A DNA stretch of 32,000 nucleotides, taken from assembly GCA_025355325.1 (NCBI GenBank), contig JANXZX010000098.1, positions 1 to 32,000 on the forward strand, written 5' to 3'. The notes beneath the pieces were generated by a model, which worked only from the letters and a program-made list of their open reading frames with translations, did no database searches and was not told where the DNA came from. Made by a program: the position numbers and the translations under genes. The stretch comes from Geobacteraceae bacterium. GTDB taxonomy: Bacteria; Desulfobacterota; Desulfuromonadia; Geobacterales; Pseudopelobacteraceae. Shown piece after piece: positions 16,144 through 25,911 of this stretch; the first letter of the stretch is position 1; every line of letters begins with the position of its first letter.

Positions 16144-18447
16144 TCACTCGCTGGTATAATCACAGCCCTCTTTGGGACACTTCAAAAACTCACCCTTGCG
16201 TTTGTAGATCTTTTTGACCAAGAGCGGGAAACCGCATTTCGGGCAGGGGCTTTCCACCGGCAGATCCCACAGGGCAAACTTGCACTGAGGATATTTATTA
16301 CAGGAGTAGAATAACTTGCCAAAGCGGGATTTTTTCTCGATGAGCTGTCCTTCCTTGCACTCCGGACAGACCACGCCGGTATTCAGCGGCTTGACCAGAG
16401 GCTGGATATTCTTGCAGGCCGGATAGCCGGAGCAGGCCAGATATTTGCCAAAGCGGCCATCCTTGATCAGCATCGGCAAACCGCATTTCTCACATTTTTC
16501 ATCCGAGATGACCGGTTCGGCTACCTCGCCACCCTCCTGATCGACGTTGCGGGTATATTTGCACCCTTCCTGGAAACCGGAGCAAGCGATAAATTTACCG
16601 CGTTTTCCGAGCTTCACAACCAGCGGCTTGCCGCATTCAGGGCAGAGCTCATCAGTTGCCTCCGTCGTCAGGTCAGCCTTATTAACCTCGCCTTCCTTCT
16701 GTTTCAGCAGGGTAATAAACGGCTCCCAGAACTCCTTCAGAAGCGGCCGCCACTCTTTTTCGCCACGGGAAACCTGATCCAGCTCTTCTTCCAGAGCGGC
16801 GGTAAAGTTGTAGTCTACGTATTTCTGGAAATGAGCCGTCAGCAGATCACTGACCACCATGCCGACGTCTTCCGGGAAGAAGCGTTTCTTGTCGAGACGG
16901 GCATACTTCCTCTCCACCAGCGTGTTCATGATCGAAGCAAAGGTTGACGGGCGGCCAATACCGTACTCTTCCAGCGTCTTGACCAGCGTTGCTTCGGTGT
17001 AGCGGGGCGGCGGCTGAGTAAAGTGCTGCTCGGGCAAAACTTCATGCAGCTTGAGCGAAGCTCCTTCTTTCATGGACGGCAGCAGCCCTTCTTTTTCTTC
17101 GTCCTGATCATCGAGCCCTTCAATATACAACTTCATAAAACCGGGAAACCGGATGACCGTTCCGGCGGCGCGCAGCCCCGCCTTGCGTGAACCGGCAAAC
17201 GGGCCGGCTGCAGGGGGCACAGCCAGATCAGCAATAATATCGACCGAGGTCTGGTCCAGGAGCGCTTCAGCCATCTGGCAGGCAACGGTTCGCTTCCAGA
17301 TCAGTTCATACAGTTTATACAGGTCAGGCGTCAGGAACTTCTTTAATTCTACAGGGGTCTTGGCGATATAGGTTGGCCGGACCGCCTCATGAGCTTCCTG
17401 AGCATTTTTGGATTTGGTTTTGAAAATCCGTGGTTTGGCGAGCGCATATTCCTTGCCGTACGCGGCAGAGATAACGTCATGGGCGTCTTTCAATGCCAAC
17501 GTGGAAAGGTTGACACTGTCGGTACGCATATAGGTGATCAGGCCGACTGTTCCTTCGTCACCAATATCAATACCTTCATAGAGTTTCTGCGCCGTTGACA
17601 TCGTCTTTTTGGCCGAAAAGCCAAGCTTGCGCGAGGCCTCCTGCTGTAACGTAGAGGTGGTGAACGGAGGTGACGGATTGCGTTTTTTCTCCGTTTTGGT
17701 GATTTTGGCAACCTGGTAACTACCTGACTGCAACGCAGCTTTCAGAGCGGTCGCAATGTCCTCACCGGGAATGTCGAACTTGCCGAGTTTTTTACCCCCC
17801 ACATCGACCAGACCGGCCTTGAACTCCTGACCGGCGGAGACCCCGAGACGGGCCGCAATGGTCCAGTATTCCTGTTCGTTAAAGGCGAGAATTTCCTTTT
17901 CACGCTCACAGACGAGACGCAACGCCACCGACTGGACACGACCGGCGGAAAGCCCGTAGCGGATCTTTTTCCAGAGGAACGGCGAGAGATTGAAGCCGAC
18001 CAGATAATCAAGAATTGAGCGGGCCTGTTGGGCGTTTACCAGATCAAGGGCAATATCGCGGGGATTTTTGACGGCATGCAGAATCGCCTCTTTGGTGATC
18101 TCGTGAAACTCGACCCGCTGGATTTTGATGCCCGGGTTCTTTTTATCGAGACCAAGGGCCGCCAGCAGATGCCAGGAGATCGCTTCTCCTTCGCGGTCGG
18201 GGTCAGTTGCCAGCAACAGTCTATCCGCCCCCTTGAGCGCCGCTTTGATGGCATCGAGATGTTTTTTGCTTTCCGGCAACACGTGGTACTTGGGTTCAAA
18301 ACCCTTTTCAATATCCACTGAACCCTGCTTGCTCGGAAGAGCGCGGACATGCCCGAATGAAGCCAGAACTTTAAAATCAGGCCCCAGAAATTTTTCTATG
18401 GTTTTCCCCTTGGCAGGAGATTCGACGATAACGAGATTATGTGACAT
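16144..18447 (-). CDS. topA: DNA topoisomerase I
   Basis: It opens with a Toprim N-terminus (LVIVESPAKGKTIEKFLG) and carries the type IA core with the active-site region GLITYMRTDS. Four C-terminal Cys4 zinc-ribbon repeats are present (CPECG...C..C type). Confidence 0.95.
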   Translation of the reverse strand: MSHNLVIVESPAKGKTIEKFLGPDFKVLASFGHVRALPSKQGSVDIEKGFEPKYHVLPESKKHLDAIKAALKGADRLLLATDPDREGEAISWHLLAALGLDKKNPGIKIQRVEFHEITKEAILHAVKNPRDIALDLVNAQQARSILDYLVGFNLSPFLWKKIRYGLSAGRVQSVALRLVCEREKEILAFNEQEYWTIAARLGVSAGQEFKAGLVDVGGKKLGKFDIPGEDIATALKAALQSGSYQVAKITKTEKKRNPSPPFTTSTLQQEASRKLGFSAKKTMSTAQKLYEGIDIGDEGTVGLITYMRTDSVNLSTLALKDAHDVISAAYGKEYALAKPRIFKTKSKNAQEAHEAVRPTYIAKTPVELKKFLTPDLYKLYELIWKRTVACQMAEALLDQTSVDIIADLAVPPAAGPFAGSRKAGLRAAGTVIRFPGFMKLYIEGLDDQDEEKEGLLPSMKEGASLKLHEVLPEQHFTQPPPRYTEATLVKTLEEYGIGRPSTFASIMNTLVERKYARLDKKRFFPEDVGMVVSDLLTAHFQKYVDYNFTAALEEELDQVSRGEKEWRPLLKEFWEPFITLLKQKEGEVNKADLTTEATDELCPECGKPLVVKLGKRGKFIACSGFQEGCKYTRNVDQEGGEVAEPVISDEKCEKCGLPMLIKDGRFGKYLACSGYPACKNIQPLVKPLNTGVVCPECKEGQLIEKKSRFGKLFYSCNKYPQCKFALWDLPVESPCPKCGFPLLVKKIYKRKGEFLKCPKEGCDYTSE

Positions 18448-18461
18448 ATGTAGTAGATTCC

Positions 18462-19556
18462 TTATCCAGTAACAGCATAGTGTGTGCCGGGTAGCGGCGT
18501 AACCGCCCCCTTGAGTTCAAGGTGCAGTAACATAGAGGAAACCTCACCGGCTGTCAATTCAGTTTGGGAGATGAGGTCATCAATGTGCAGTGGCGAGCGT
18601 GCCAACAGTTCATAAATTGCTGCTTCTTTCGGGGTCAGCGCAAAGGTTCGCGCAGGTGGCGCAAACAACGGAGCATCAGCAGAAGCACGGGCATACTCCG
18701 GGAGTTCTTCCAGAATATCTTCAACGCAATCAACGAGCTTTGCCCCCTGTTTGATCAGACGATTGCAGCCCCGGCTGGTGGCAAAGGAAATATTTCCCGG
18801 TACGGCAAAGACGTCACGCCCCTGCTCCAGAGCATACTGGGCGGTGATCAGTGAACCGCTTTTTTCAGCGGCCTCGACAACCAGCACACCACTGGACAGC
18901 CCGCTGATAATCCGGTTGCGCCGGGGAAAATTTTCGGCCAACGGCTGGGTTCCGAGTGGAAATTCCGACAGCAGACACCCCTTCACCGCCATTTCCTCGA
19001 AGAGGGCACGATTTTCCGGCGGATAAACCGTGTCTACGCCACATCCCAACACGCCGAGACTTCTTCCTCCTGCCCGTAGTGCTGCTTTATGAGCTGCGGT
19101 ATCAACACCACGCGCCATACCCGACACGACACAAACCCCGTGACTTGCAAGTGCCTCAGCCAGATTCCCGGTGGTCATAATTCCGTACGATGTCGCCCGG
19201 CGCGAACCGACGATCGCAATTGACAGCTCACAGGAACGCAGCTCCCCCTTAACGTACAGAAACGGCGGCGGATCGGGAATTTCAAACAGAGACTTAGGAT
19301 AGTCGCACGAAGTATATGTCACCAGCCGCGCCGCGCTTGCCTCCAACCGGCGGCACTCCTCCTCCGCAAAACGCCGCCATTCACCACTTTTTATGGCATC
19401 AATCACCACAGGAGTTATCCCCCTGATACCGGCAAGTGAAGCGGGTGACGCATTCAACGCAGTTTCCGGCGTATCGAAACGTTCCAGAAGGCGCCGGAAC
19501 GAAACATTGCCGATTCCGGGAACCGCTTTGAGACCTATCCAGAAAAACTCATCCAT
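18462..19556 (-). CDS. dprA: DNA-processing protein DprA (Smf)
   Basis: The DprA Rossmann-like core is present (IAIVGSRRATSYG, SGMARGVDTAAH, AVPGNI) with a C-terminal winged-helix-like tail. I prefer the ATG at 19556 (MDEFF), because the track start at 19595 lies inside the upstream terminator hairpin. Confidence 0.9.
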   Translation of the reverse strand: MDEFFWIGLKAVPGIGNVSFRRLLERFDTPETALNASPASLAGIRGITPVVIDAIKSGEWRRFAEEECRRLEASAARLVTYTSCDYPKSLFEIPDPPPFLYVKGELRSCELSIAIVGSRRATSYGIMTTGNLAEALASHGVCVVSGMARGVDTAAHKAALRAGGRSLGVLGCGVDTVYPPENRALFEEMAVKGCLLSEFPLGTQPLAENFPRRNRIISGLSSGVLVVEAAEKSGSLITAQYALEQGRDVFAVPGNISFATSRGCNRLIKQGAKLVDCVEDILEELPEYARASADAPLFAPPARTFALTPKEAAIYELLARSPLHIDDLISQTELTAGEVSSMLLHLELKGAVTPLPGTHYAVTG

Positions 19557-19579
19557 TATAATACCTGCAACACTCCAAT

Positions 19580-19603
19580 AAAAAAGACCGGCCAAAGCCG
19601 GTC
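19580..19603 (-). terminator. Rho-independent terminator after the LysM gene
   Basis: The stem GACCGGC/GCCGGTC (19586-19592/19597-19603) has a 4-nt loop and is followed on the minus strand by a 6-nt U run (19580-19585). Confidence 0.75.
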
Positions 19604-19624
19604 TTTAAGACAATATTTTATCCG

Positions 19625-20632
19625 CTATTTTGTTTGGCTGACGATCCGGTCACCCTTGTAGATGGCATCAATGCTCTTGACGACCAAAGCGGTTGACGAT
19701 TTTTCTCCCGTTTCAATAACTACCAACGCCCCCAACAGTTCCTGAGGCAGCCGGTCTATTCGACCCTCAACATATTTTTGGTCTATCGTTACGTCCCGGA
19801 CAACATAGAGCATGTTACCGACTTCAGCACCCTGACTGGTCCCGAGATCTATATATACGATATCTCCGGAGGCGATAACCTTCGCGCCGCTAAAGCTCTC
19901 GATGATATACCCCTTCAGATCATTGGCACTGTTTTTCAGTGAAATTTCTCTCCGCCGGTTCTCTTTGTAGGGGACCAGATACGCACCTGGACTAATCTCC
20001 CTGAATGATTTTGTAATAATAGCCCTTGACGATTTCTTCTCAACATCGGTCAGCTGAAGCGTCCCGAGCGGAATCATCTTGTTGCCCATTTTTTCATTAC
20101 TCATCGGATGGTTAACCAGAACATCCTTCCGGAAAATAGAGAACTTATCACCACTGGCAGCTGGCCGATCTGAACCGAGATCTGTGTAGACGATATCATC
20201 AACACCGGTAACTATCCGATCATGCTGAGCCCCGATCACCATACCGTAGGGCTTGAAGCCGTTCTCTGCCAGAAAACCGGCCGTGCCGTAGAGAGTGTAG
20301 GTTTTTTCAGCGGCAACAGTCTGAAGTTTTTCAGCAGCCGCAACATTCTTCTGCATAGGTGCCGTTGCTGCCTGTTCTTTGGGAACAAACTCCAGCCGGT
20401 CAGGAAAAACCCTCAACTTCTGACCCGGATAAATAAAATGCGGGTTGGTTACCTGGCTGTTTTTTGACCACATATTCGGCCAGTAGTTCGGATCCTTAAT
20501 AAAACGTTCGGAAAGTCCCCACAGGGTATCGCCCTGCTTGATGACATAAATGGTAGGCTCGTCCTGAGCGGCAGCAAACACGAAACACGGCATGGCTAAA
20601 AGAGCCAGGAGCAACAGCAATCTGATTTTCAT
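19625..20632 (-). CDS. Secreted LysM domain-containing protein
   Basis: It has a signal peptide (MKIRLLLLLALLAMPCFVFAAA) and a LysM motif (YVIKQGDTLWGLSERFIKDPNYWPNMW...IYPGQKL). A GAGG SD lies upstream. Confidence 0.8.
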   Translation of the reverse strand: MKIRLLLLLALLAMPCFVFAAAQDEPTIYVIKQGDTLWGLSERFIKDPNYWPNMWSKNSQVTNPHFIYPGQKLRVFPDRLEFVPKEQAATAPMQKNVAAAEKLQTVAAEKTYTLYGTAGFLAENGFKPYGMVIGAQHDRIVTGVDDIVYTDLGSDRPAASGDKFSIFRKDVLVNHPMSNEKMGNKMIPLGTLQLTDVEKKSSRAIITKSFREISPGAYLVPYKENRRREISLKNSANDLKGYIIESFSGAKVIASGDIVYIDLGTSQGAEVGNMLYVVRDVTIDQKYVEGRIDRLPQELLGALVVIETGEKSSTALVVKSIDAIYKGDRIVSQTK

Positions 20633-20675
20633 GGAGGTTACCTCATTCGCCTTTTAAATTAGGAGCTGATCGGGT

Positions 20676-21404
20676 TCAATGTGCATTCAGACGTTCACGG
20701 GCTTTTACTGCTGCGGAACTGCTTGGATATAACGTAATAATTTTCTCGAATATGGCATTTGCTTTTTCATTTTCCTTCAGGGATGTCATCGTATAACCAA
20801 GCTTCAGGAGAGCGTCCGGAGCCTTGGAACTTTTAGGATAGCTGTCCACCACCTTCTGAAAAGCTTCTTTTGCTTTGGGAAGATCCGAAAGACTGTAGTG
20901 GCACTCGCCAATCCAGTAAACAGCATTGGCGGCATAGTCGCCCTGACTGTTGTTTTTGAGAAATGATTCAAACGAATTGATAGCGGCTAAAAAATTATTG
21001 GCACTGTACAGACCGAATGCTTTGATATACTCCGCCGGAGGTCCGGTCTCTTTGGCAGCTTTGACCGGCGAGGGCTGATTGACGATCTCCACCTTGGGGG
21101 TTTGCAGCTGTTGGACAAGATTCGCAACCTTGGCCTTAAGCTCGTCGCGGGAGATCCGCAGTTCACGATTCTCTTCCTTAAGCTGTTTTATCTCACCAGC
21201 TGCCGACTGAAGCCGATCATCCTGAGTCTGCAGCATACCGGCTAATTCATTCTGGCGCTGTTCTGCTTTTTTTGACGTCTGAATCAAAAACTCAATCTTC
21301 GCTTCAGACTCCGTCTGACGCTTGACTATCAGGTCATTAGCGGCACAACCAGACAAAAAAAGTGATAAAAGCAGTAATGGTACGATTCGGCTGTTTAACG
21401 GCAT
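20676..21404 (-). CDS. cpoB: YbgF/CpoB-like coiled-coil + TPR protein with a lipoprotein signal
   Basis: A lipobox (LFLSGC) is followed by a coiled-coil segment. The C-terminal TPR region shows the YbgF pattern (YWIGECHYSL...YPKSSKAPDALLKLGYT...YPSSSAAVKARERL). It is not next to tol-pal genes in this window. Confidence 0.6.
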   Translation of the reverse strand: MPLNSRIVPLLLLSLFLSGCAANDLIVKRQTESEAKIEFLIQTSKKAEQRQNELAGMLQTQDDRLQSAAGEIKQLKEENRELRISRDELKAKVANLVQQLQTPKVEIVNQPSPVKAAKETGPPAEYIKAFGLYSANNFLAAINSFESFLKNNSQGDYAANAVYWIGECHYSLSDLPKAKEAFQKVVDSYPKSSKAPDALLKLGYTMTSLKENEKANAIFEKIITLYPSSSAAVKARERLNAH

Positions 21405-21563
21405 AATACCCCCACTTATCTGTACTTTTTTATAATTAAAGCGATATAGTGACCTTTGTCAAGCGAAAGGTGCCTTTTCGGTTTTATTGACTCACTGATT
21501 ATGATAGCATTAGCCCCCCGCGAAACAAGCGAACCGCCAACAACATTATTATTGGAACTCCCC

Positions 21564-22799
21564 ATGCAAAGACCTGAATTGCTGGCCCCGGCCGGTAACA
21601 TGGAAAAACTTGCCATAGCCGTACATTACGGAGCCGATGCGGTATATCTTGGCGGCCAGGCCTTCGGTCTGCGCAACATGGCCGACAATTTTTCCGTGGA
21701 TGAAATGAAAAATGCCCTCGATTTCTGCCATACAAAGGGCGTTAAAGCGTATCTGACGGTCAACAGTTACCCCCGCAACGAGTCGCTTCCCGAACTGGAG
21801 AACTATCTGGCAGAGGTTGCCCCGCTCCCCTTTGACGCATATATTGTGGCAGACCCGGGGGTGATAGATGTAATACAACAGATATCCCCGGAGCGTGAAC
21901 TGCACCTTTCGACCCAGGCCAACACCATCAACTGGCGCTCTGCCCGGTTCTGGCAGAAACAGGGGGTGCGCCGGATCAATCTGGCTCGGGAAATGAGCCT
22001 CGAAAATATTCAGGACACCGTGGCAAACGTTCCCGGCATGGAATTCGAAGCCTTCGTGCATGGTGCACTCTGCATATCCTATTCCGGTCGCTGCCTGATT
22101 TCCAGCATGCTGACCGGACGCGATGCCAACCAGGGCGAATGCACCCACCCATGCCGCTGGAGCTACCATCTGGTGGAGGAATCACGACCGGGGGAATATT
22201 TTCCGGTCGTCGAGAATGAAAACGGTACCTTTATATTCAACTCCCGCGATCTCTGTCTGCTGGAGCATATTCCGGCTCTTGTCGCCAGCGGGGTGCATGC
22301 TCTCAAGATCGAAGGGCGCATGAAAGGAATCAACTACGTCGCTTCGGTGCTGCGCGTCTATCGTCAGGCTCTTGATGAGTATCTGGCAAACCCGGACTGG
22401 TGGACCTGCCGCCCCGAATGGCTTGGCGAGCTGACCAAACTGAGTCATCGCGGCTACACAACCGGCTTCCTGTTTGGACAACCCCGCACCGTTGGACAGG
22501 AATACGAGTCAGCCTATATCCGGAGCCACGATTTTGTCGGTATCGTTGACGAGGTACGAAAGGATGGTACGCTACTTATCAGTGTGCGCAACCGGATCAA
22601 GGCCGGCGAGCTGATTGAATGCATCGGACCGGGCATGCGGAGTGACTCCCTGGTGTTGCAGCAGTTCTCCATACTTCCCGAGCGCGGCGCGGCCATCCCG
22701 GCGGAGTTCGCCAACCCCAACCAACGGATTCTTTTATCAGTGCCGTTCGCGGTCGAAGCGGGTGATCTCCTGCGCCGCGAAAAGACCGTCACTGCGTGA
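21564..22799 (+). CDS. Peptidase U32 family protein
   Basis: The MQRPELLAPAGN start and the motifs AVYLGG and EAFVHGALCISYSGRCLIS are typical of U32 (YhbU/YegQ/RlhA-like) proteins. I prefer the ATG at 21564 over the track start at 21456, which would add a 36-aa non-conserved leader. Confidence 0.85.
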   Translation: MQRPELLAPAGNMEKLAIAVHYGADAVYLGGQAFGLRNMADNFSVDEMKNALDFCHTKGVKAYLTVNSYPRNESLPELENYLAEVAPLPFDAYIVADPGVIDVIQQISPERELHLSTQANTINWRSARFWQKQGVRRINLAREMSLENIQDTVANVPGMEFEAFVHGALCISYSGRCLISSMLTGRDANQGECTHPCRWSYHLVEESRPGEYFPVVENENGTFIFNSRDLCLLEHIPALVASGVHALKIEGRMKGINYVASVLRVYRQALDEYLANPDWWTCRPEWLGELTKLSHRGYTTGFLFGQPRTVGQEYESAYIRSHDFVGIVDEVRKDGTLLISVRNRIKAGELIECIGPGMRSDSLVLQQFSILPERGAAIPAEFANPNQRILLSVPFAVEAGDLLRREKTVTA

Positions 22800-22830
22800 A
22801 CAACAAACGCACCACCAAGGAATTACTCGT

Positions 22831-24192
22831 ATGAACGACCCGAAACTTCCCCCCCAGAACCTTGACGCCGAAATGTCCATTCTGGGCGGCATACTCATTG
22901 ATAACGATGCCATCAACCGGGTGCTGGAAAGCATCGTTCCGGAAGACTTTTACCGCGAGGCGCATCGCAAGATTTTTATTGCGATGATGCAGCTTTCCGA
23001 CCGGCGCGAACCGTGCGACCTGGTAACGCTGACCGAAACCCTGAAAAAAAAGGGTGAGCTTGATGAAATCGGTGGTGCGGCCTACCTGCTGATGCTGGTC
23101 GATTACGTCCCGACGGCGGCCAACGTTACCTACTACTGCAAAATCGTCAAAGAAAAGTCGGTAAACCGCAAGCTGATCACCATTGCCACCGGGATTGTCA
23201 CCCGCAGCTACGAGGATCAAACCGATGTGAACGAGCTGTTGGACAAGGCCCAGAAAGACCTGTACGAGATCGGCGTCAACAAGCTGCGCCCCCAGTATGT
23301 TCCGATACAGCCGCTCATCAAAGAAGCCTTCAAAATCCTCAAATCCCTGAATGAACGCAAGGAACACATTACCGGAGTCCCAACCGGTTACGTGGATCTA
23401 GACCAGATGACCGCCGGTTTCCAACCGGGTAACCTGATCATAATTGCCGCCCGCCCCTCGATGGGAAAAACGACTCTGGCGCTCAACATTGCCCAGCACG
23501 CCAGTGCCGAGAGCAAAAAGAAAACAGCCTCCGTCATTTTCTCGCTGGAAATGGGCAAGGAAGACCTGGTTATGCGCTTTCTGGCCTCCATCGCCCGGGT
23601 TGACGCCAGCCGGATGCGTACCGGCCACTTCCACGACAGCGACTGGCCGCGCCTGACCAGAGCAGCCGGGGTTCTCCACGACGCCAAAATATTTATCGAT
23701 GATACTCCTGCCATCAGTGTTCTGGAGTTGCGCTCCAAAGCGCGACGCCTGAAAAGCGAACATGACATCGGACTGATCATTGTCGATTATCTACAGTTGA
23801 TGAAATCAGGTACCCGCATTGAATCGCGCCAGCAGGAAATTTCTGAAATATCTCAATCCCTGAAGGCGCTGGCCAAAGAATTGAGTATACCGGTCGTCGC
23901 CCTTTCCCAGCTCAACCGGGAATTGGAAAAACGCGCCGACAAACGTCCGATGATGAGTGACCTGCGTGAATCGGGAGCCATTGAACAGGATGCCGACGTT
24001 ATCATGTTCGTCTACCGCGAGGCGGTCTACTGCGAGCAGTGCCGCAAGCGTGACGGTTCCTGTACCCAGGGGCATGATCGCAATGCCGAACTGATCATCG
24101 GCAAACAGCGTAACGGCGCGATCGGCACCGTCAGCCTCGCCTTCTTCGGCGAGCATACCCGTTTTGAGAATTTGAGTGACCGTAACGAGTAA
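22831..24192 (+). CDS. dnaB: Replicative DNA helicase DnaB
   Basis: It starts PPQNLDAEMSILGGIL and has Walker A (ARPSMGKTTLALN), LIIVDYLQLM and the QLNR motif. The true start is the ATG at 22831, which has an AAGGA SD. The track ORF runs 72 codons further upstream and overlaps the U32 gene. No intein is present. Confidence 0.95.
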   Translation: MNDPKLPPQNLDAEMSILGGILIDNDAINRVLESIVPEDFYREAHRKIFIAMMQLSDRREPCDLVTLTETLKKKGELDEIGGAAYLLMLVDYVPTAANVTYYCKIVKEKSVNRKLITIATGIVTRSYEDQTDVNELLDKAQKDLYEIGVNKLRPQYVPIQPLIKEAFKILKSLNERKEHITGVPTGYVDLDQMTAGFQPGNLIIIAARPSMGKTTLALNIAQHASAESKKKTASVIFSLEMGKEDLVMRFLASIARVDASRMRTGHFHDSDWPRLTRAAGVLHDAKIFIDDTPAISVLELRSKARRLKSEHDIGLIIVDYLQLMKSGTRIESRQQEISEISQSLKALAKELSIPVVALSQLNRELEKRADKRPMMSDLRESGAIEQDADVIMFVYREAVYCEQCRKRDGSCTQGHDRNAELIIGKQRNGAIGTVSLAFFGEHTRFENLSDRNE

Positions 24193-24237
24193 GAGCGAGT
24201 ACTATCGGATTTCTGGTTTATGATCTGGAGGTCAACC

Positions 24238-25890
24238 ATGTCAGAGCAGGTCAAAAAAGGTTCCCTGGGCGAAATTCTTTCCGCCTGCAACATCATCAAC
24301 GAAGACGACATAGCAGCCGCCCTGGCGGAACAGGGGCGTACCGGGGTACGCCTTGGTGAGGCACTGATCTCTCTGGGGATTGTCACTCAGGAGGACATTG
24401 ACTGGGCGCTGTCAAATCAGCTGGACCTTCCTTACATCCGGCTCAAAGCCGACATGATCGATCCCGAGGCGATTCAGCTTGTCCCGTCAGCAACGGCACG
24501 GAAATTCAACCTGATTCCGCTCATCAAAGCGGGAGGTGAACTGAATATTGCCATCTCCGACCCGCTCAACAAAATTGCCATCGAGGCGGTCGAGCAGCAG
24601 AGCGGCTGCCAGGTAAATATTTCGGTGGCCCTGATCCGTGAAATCCGGGAGATGATAGATATCTTCTACGGCAGCAGCGAGCATGAGCATCTCGGATTTG
24701 ATTCGAGCGCATTCTCCGAAACCGTACTGGAAACCATAAACAGCGACCTTACCGGCGGCAAGCTACTTGACTACCTGCTGATCTTTATCCTGCAAAACCG
24801 GCTCTCATCGCTCTCCCTTCAGCCGATGGGAGATACCGTGATGGTCAGCGGCAGGCGTGGCGGCATATCGCGCCCGATCGGCTCGCTGGACACAACCTAT
24901 TTCCCCGACCTCACCCGCAAAATCCGTAAGAGTGCCGGATGCACCGCTTCGAATGAACCGCAGGCGAACGGACTTATGACGTTCAGCTACCGTTCACACC
25001 CGATTACCTTTCAGATCTCCATCATGAATGGTTATGGGGGGGACTACATCACTATCCGGCAGCATCTTTCCGCCACTGTTCCTAACCGACTTGCCGATCT
25101 CCACCTCCCGACGGCGCATGAGACTGATTTTATCCTCCTGTCACGCAAACAACAGGGGATAACCTTCTTTGCCTCACGAAACACGCAGGAACGTAATCGT
25201 TTTATGGATCTGATGCTGGATGAGATTGACACCACCGGCAAGAACGTGATCATTCTGGGCGAAGGGCCGGGAAAAACGACCAGGCGATTCCCGCGCATCA
25301 TTCTGCCGCGCAATGAAATGGAACGTGCCGAAACCATTATGAGAACCTTGGAGCATGCCCCCGACATTCTGGTGATTGAAGATGTGACCGAGGGCATGCC
25401 GTTTACCGCCGCCTGTCGGGCCGCCATGCGCGGCAAACTTATCCTTGCCGGGCTGGAAATTCGTGGCACCCGCAATGTCTTGCGTCAGCTGTTGCTGTAT
25501 CAGCAGCAGAACTATTTTCTGCCATTCTTTGTCAACGGTCTGGTCTCGTTCAAGGGGATCCAACTGCTCTGTCCGGAATGCCGAACCGGCTACACTCCCC
25601 CTGGCGAGGAACTGGCGGCAATGAACCTGCGCGAAATCCCGGCATCCTTTTATCGCACCAAAGGGTGTGATGCCTGTGGCCATAGCGGTTTCAGCGGACG
25701 AAAATTCCTGACGGATGTTGTGGTCTTCACTGACGAATTCCTGCGAATATTTGAACAGTCAAGCGATGTTGCCGCCGTGGAAAATTACCTTACCATGGCC
25801 GGTTACCACGGCCTGGAAGAAGAAGGTCTGCAATTGCTCAAGAACGGCACAGTTTCCCCGGAAGAATATATCGCATCCATCATTTTATAG
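24238..25890 (+). CDS. PilB/GspE/MshE-like protein: MshEN-type N-domain plus a degenerate ATPase core
   Basis: Two 24-aa MshEN-like motifs lie at residues 9-32 and 38-61. The Walker A is shortened (GEGPGKT), no Asp box is recognisable, the Walker B is altered (PDILVIEDV), and the tetracysteine motif is retained (CPEC...CDAC). The start has a GGAGG SD 6 nt upstream of the ATG at 24238. Confidence 0.75.
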   Translation: MSEQVKKGSLGEILSACNIINEDDIAAALAEQGRTGVRLGEALISLGIVTQEDIDWALSNQLDLPYIRLKADMIDPEAIQLVPSATARKFNLIPLIKAGGELNIAISDPLNKIAIEAVEQQSGCQVNISVALIREIREMIDIFYGSSEHEHLGFDSSAFSETVLETINSDLTGGKLLDYLLIFILQNRLSSLSLQPMGDTVMVSGRRGGISRPIGSLDTTYFPDLTRKIRKSAGCTASNEPQANGLMTFSYRSHPITFQISIMNGYGGDYITIRQHLSATVPNRLADLHLPTAHETDFILLSRKQQGITFFASRNTQERNRFMDLMLDEIDTTGKNVIILGEGPGKTTRRFPRIILPRNEMERAETIMRTLEHAPDILVIEDVTEGMPFTAACRAAMRGKLILAGLEIRGTRNVLRQLLLYQQQNYFLPFFVNGLVSFKGIQLLCPECRTGYTPPGEELAAMNLREIPASFYRTKGCDACGHSGFSGRKFLTDVVVFTDEFLRIFEQSSDVAAVENYLTMAGYHGLEEEGLQLLKNGTVSPEEYIASIIL

Positions 25891-25911
25891 GGTTTGAAGA
25901 GGAGGTTTATC

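Noticed and set aside
21405-21563. The strand-polarity switch, with all genes leftward on the minus strand and all genes rightward on the plus strand, and dnaB nearby. I considered it as a possible replication origin.
   Set aside because: The gap is only ~160 bp. I found no cluster of DnaA boxes (TTATCCACA-like) and no AT-rich unwinding element, and neither dnaA nor dnaN is present. It is more simply a divergent promoter region.
22615-22830. The long 5' extension of the DnaB ORF, together with similar extensions at 21456-21563 (U32), 26925-26987 (MoaC), 15963-16064 (kinase) and 19557-19595 (DprA).
   Set aside because: Conserved protein sequence begins at internal ATGs that have proper SDs. 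The extensions overlap upstream genes or run through terminator hairpins or promoter elements.
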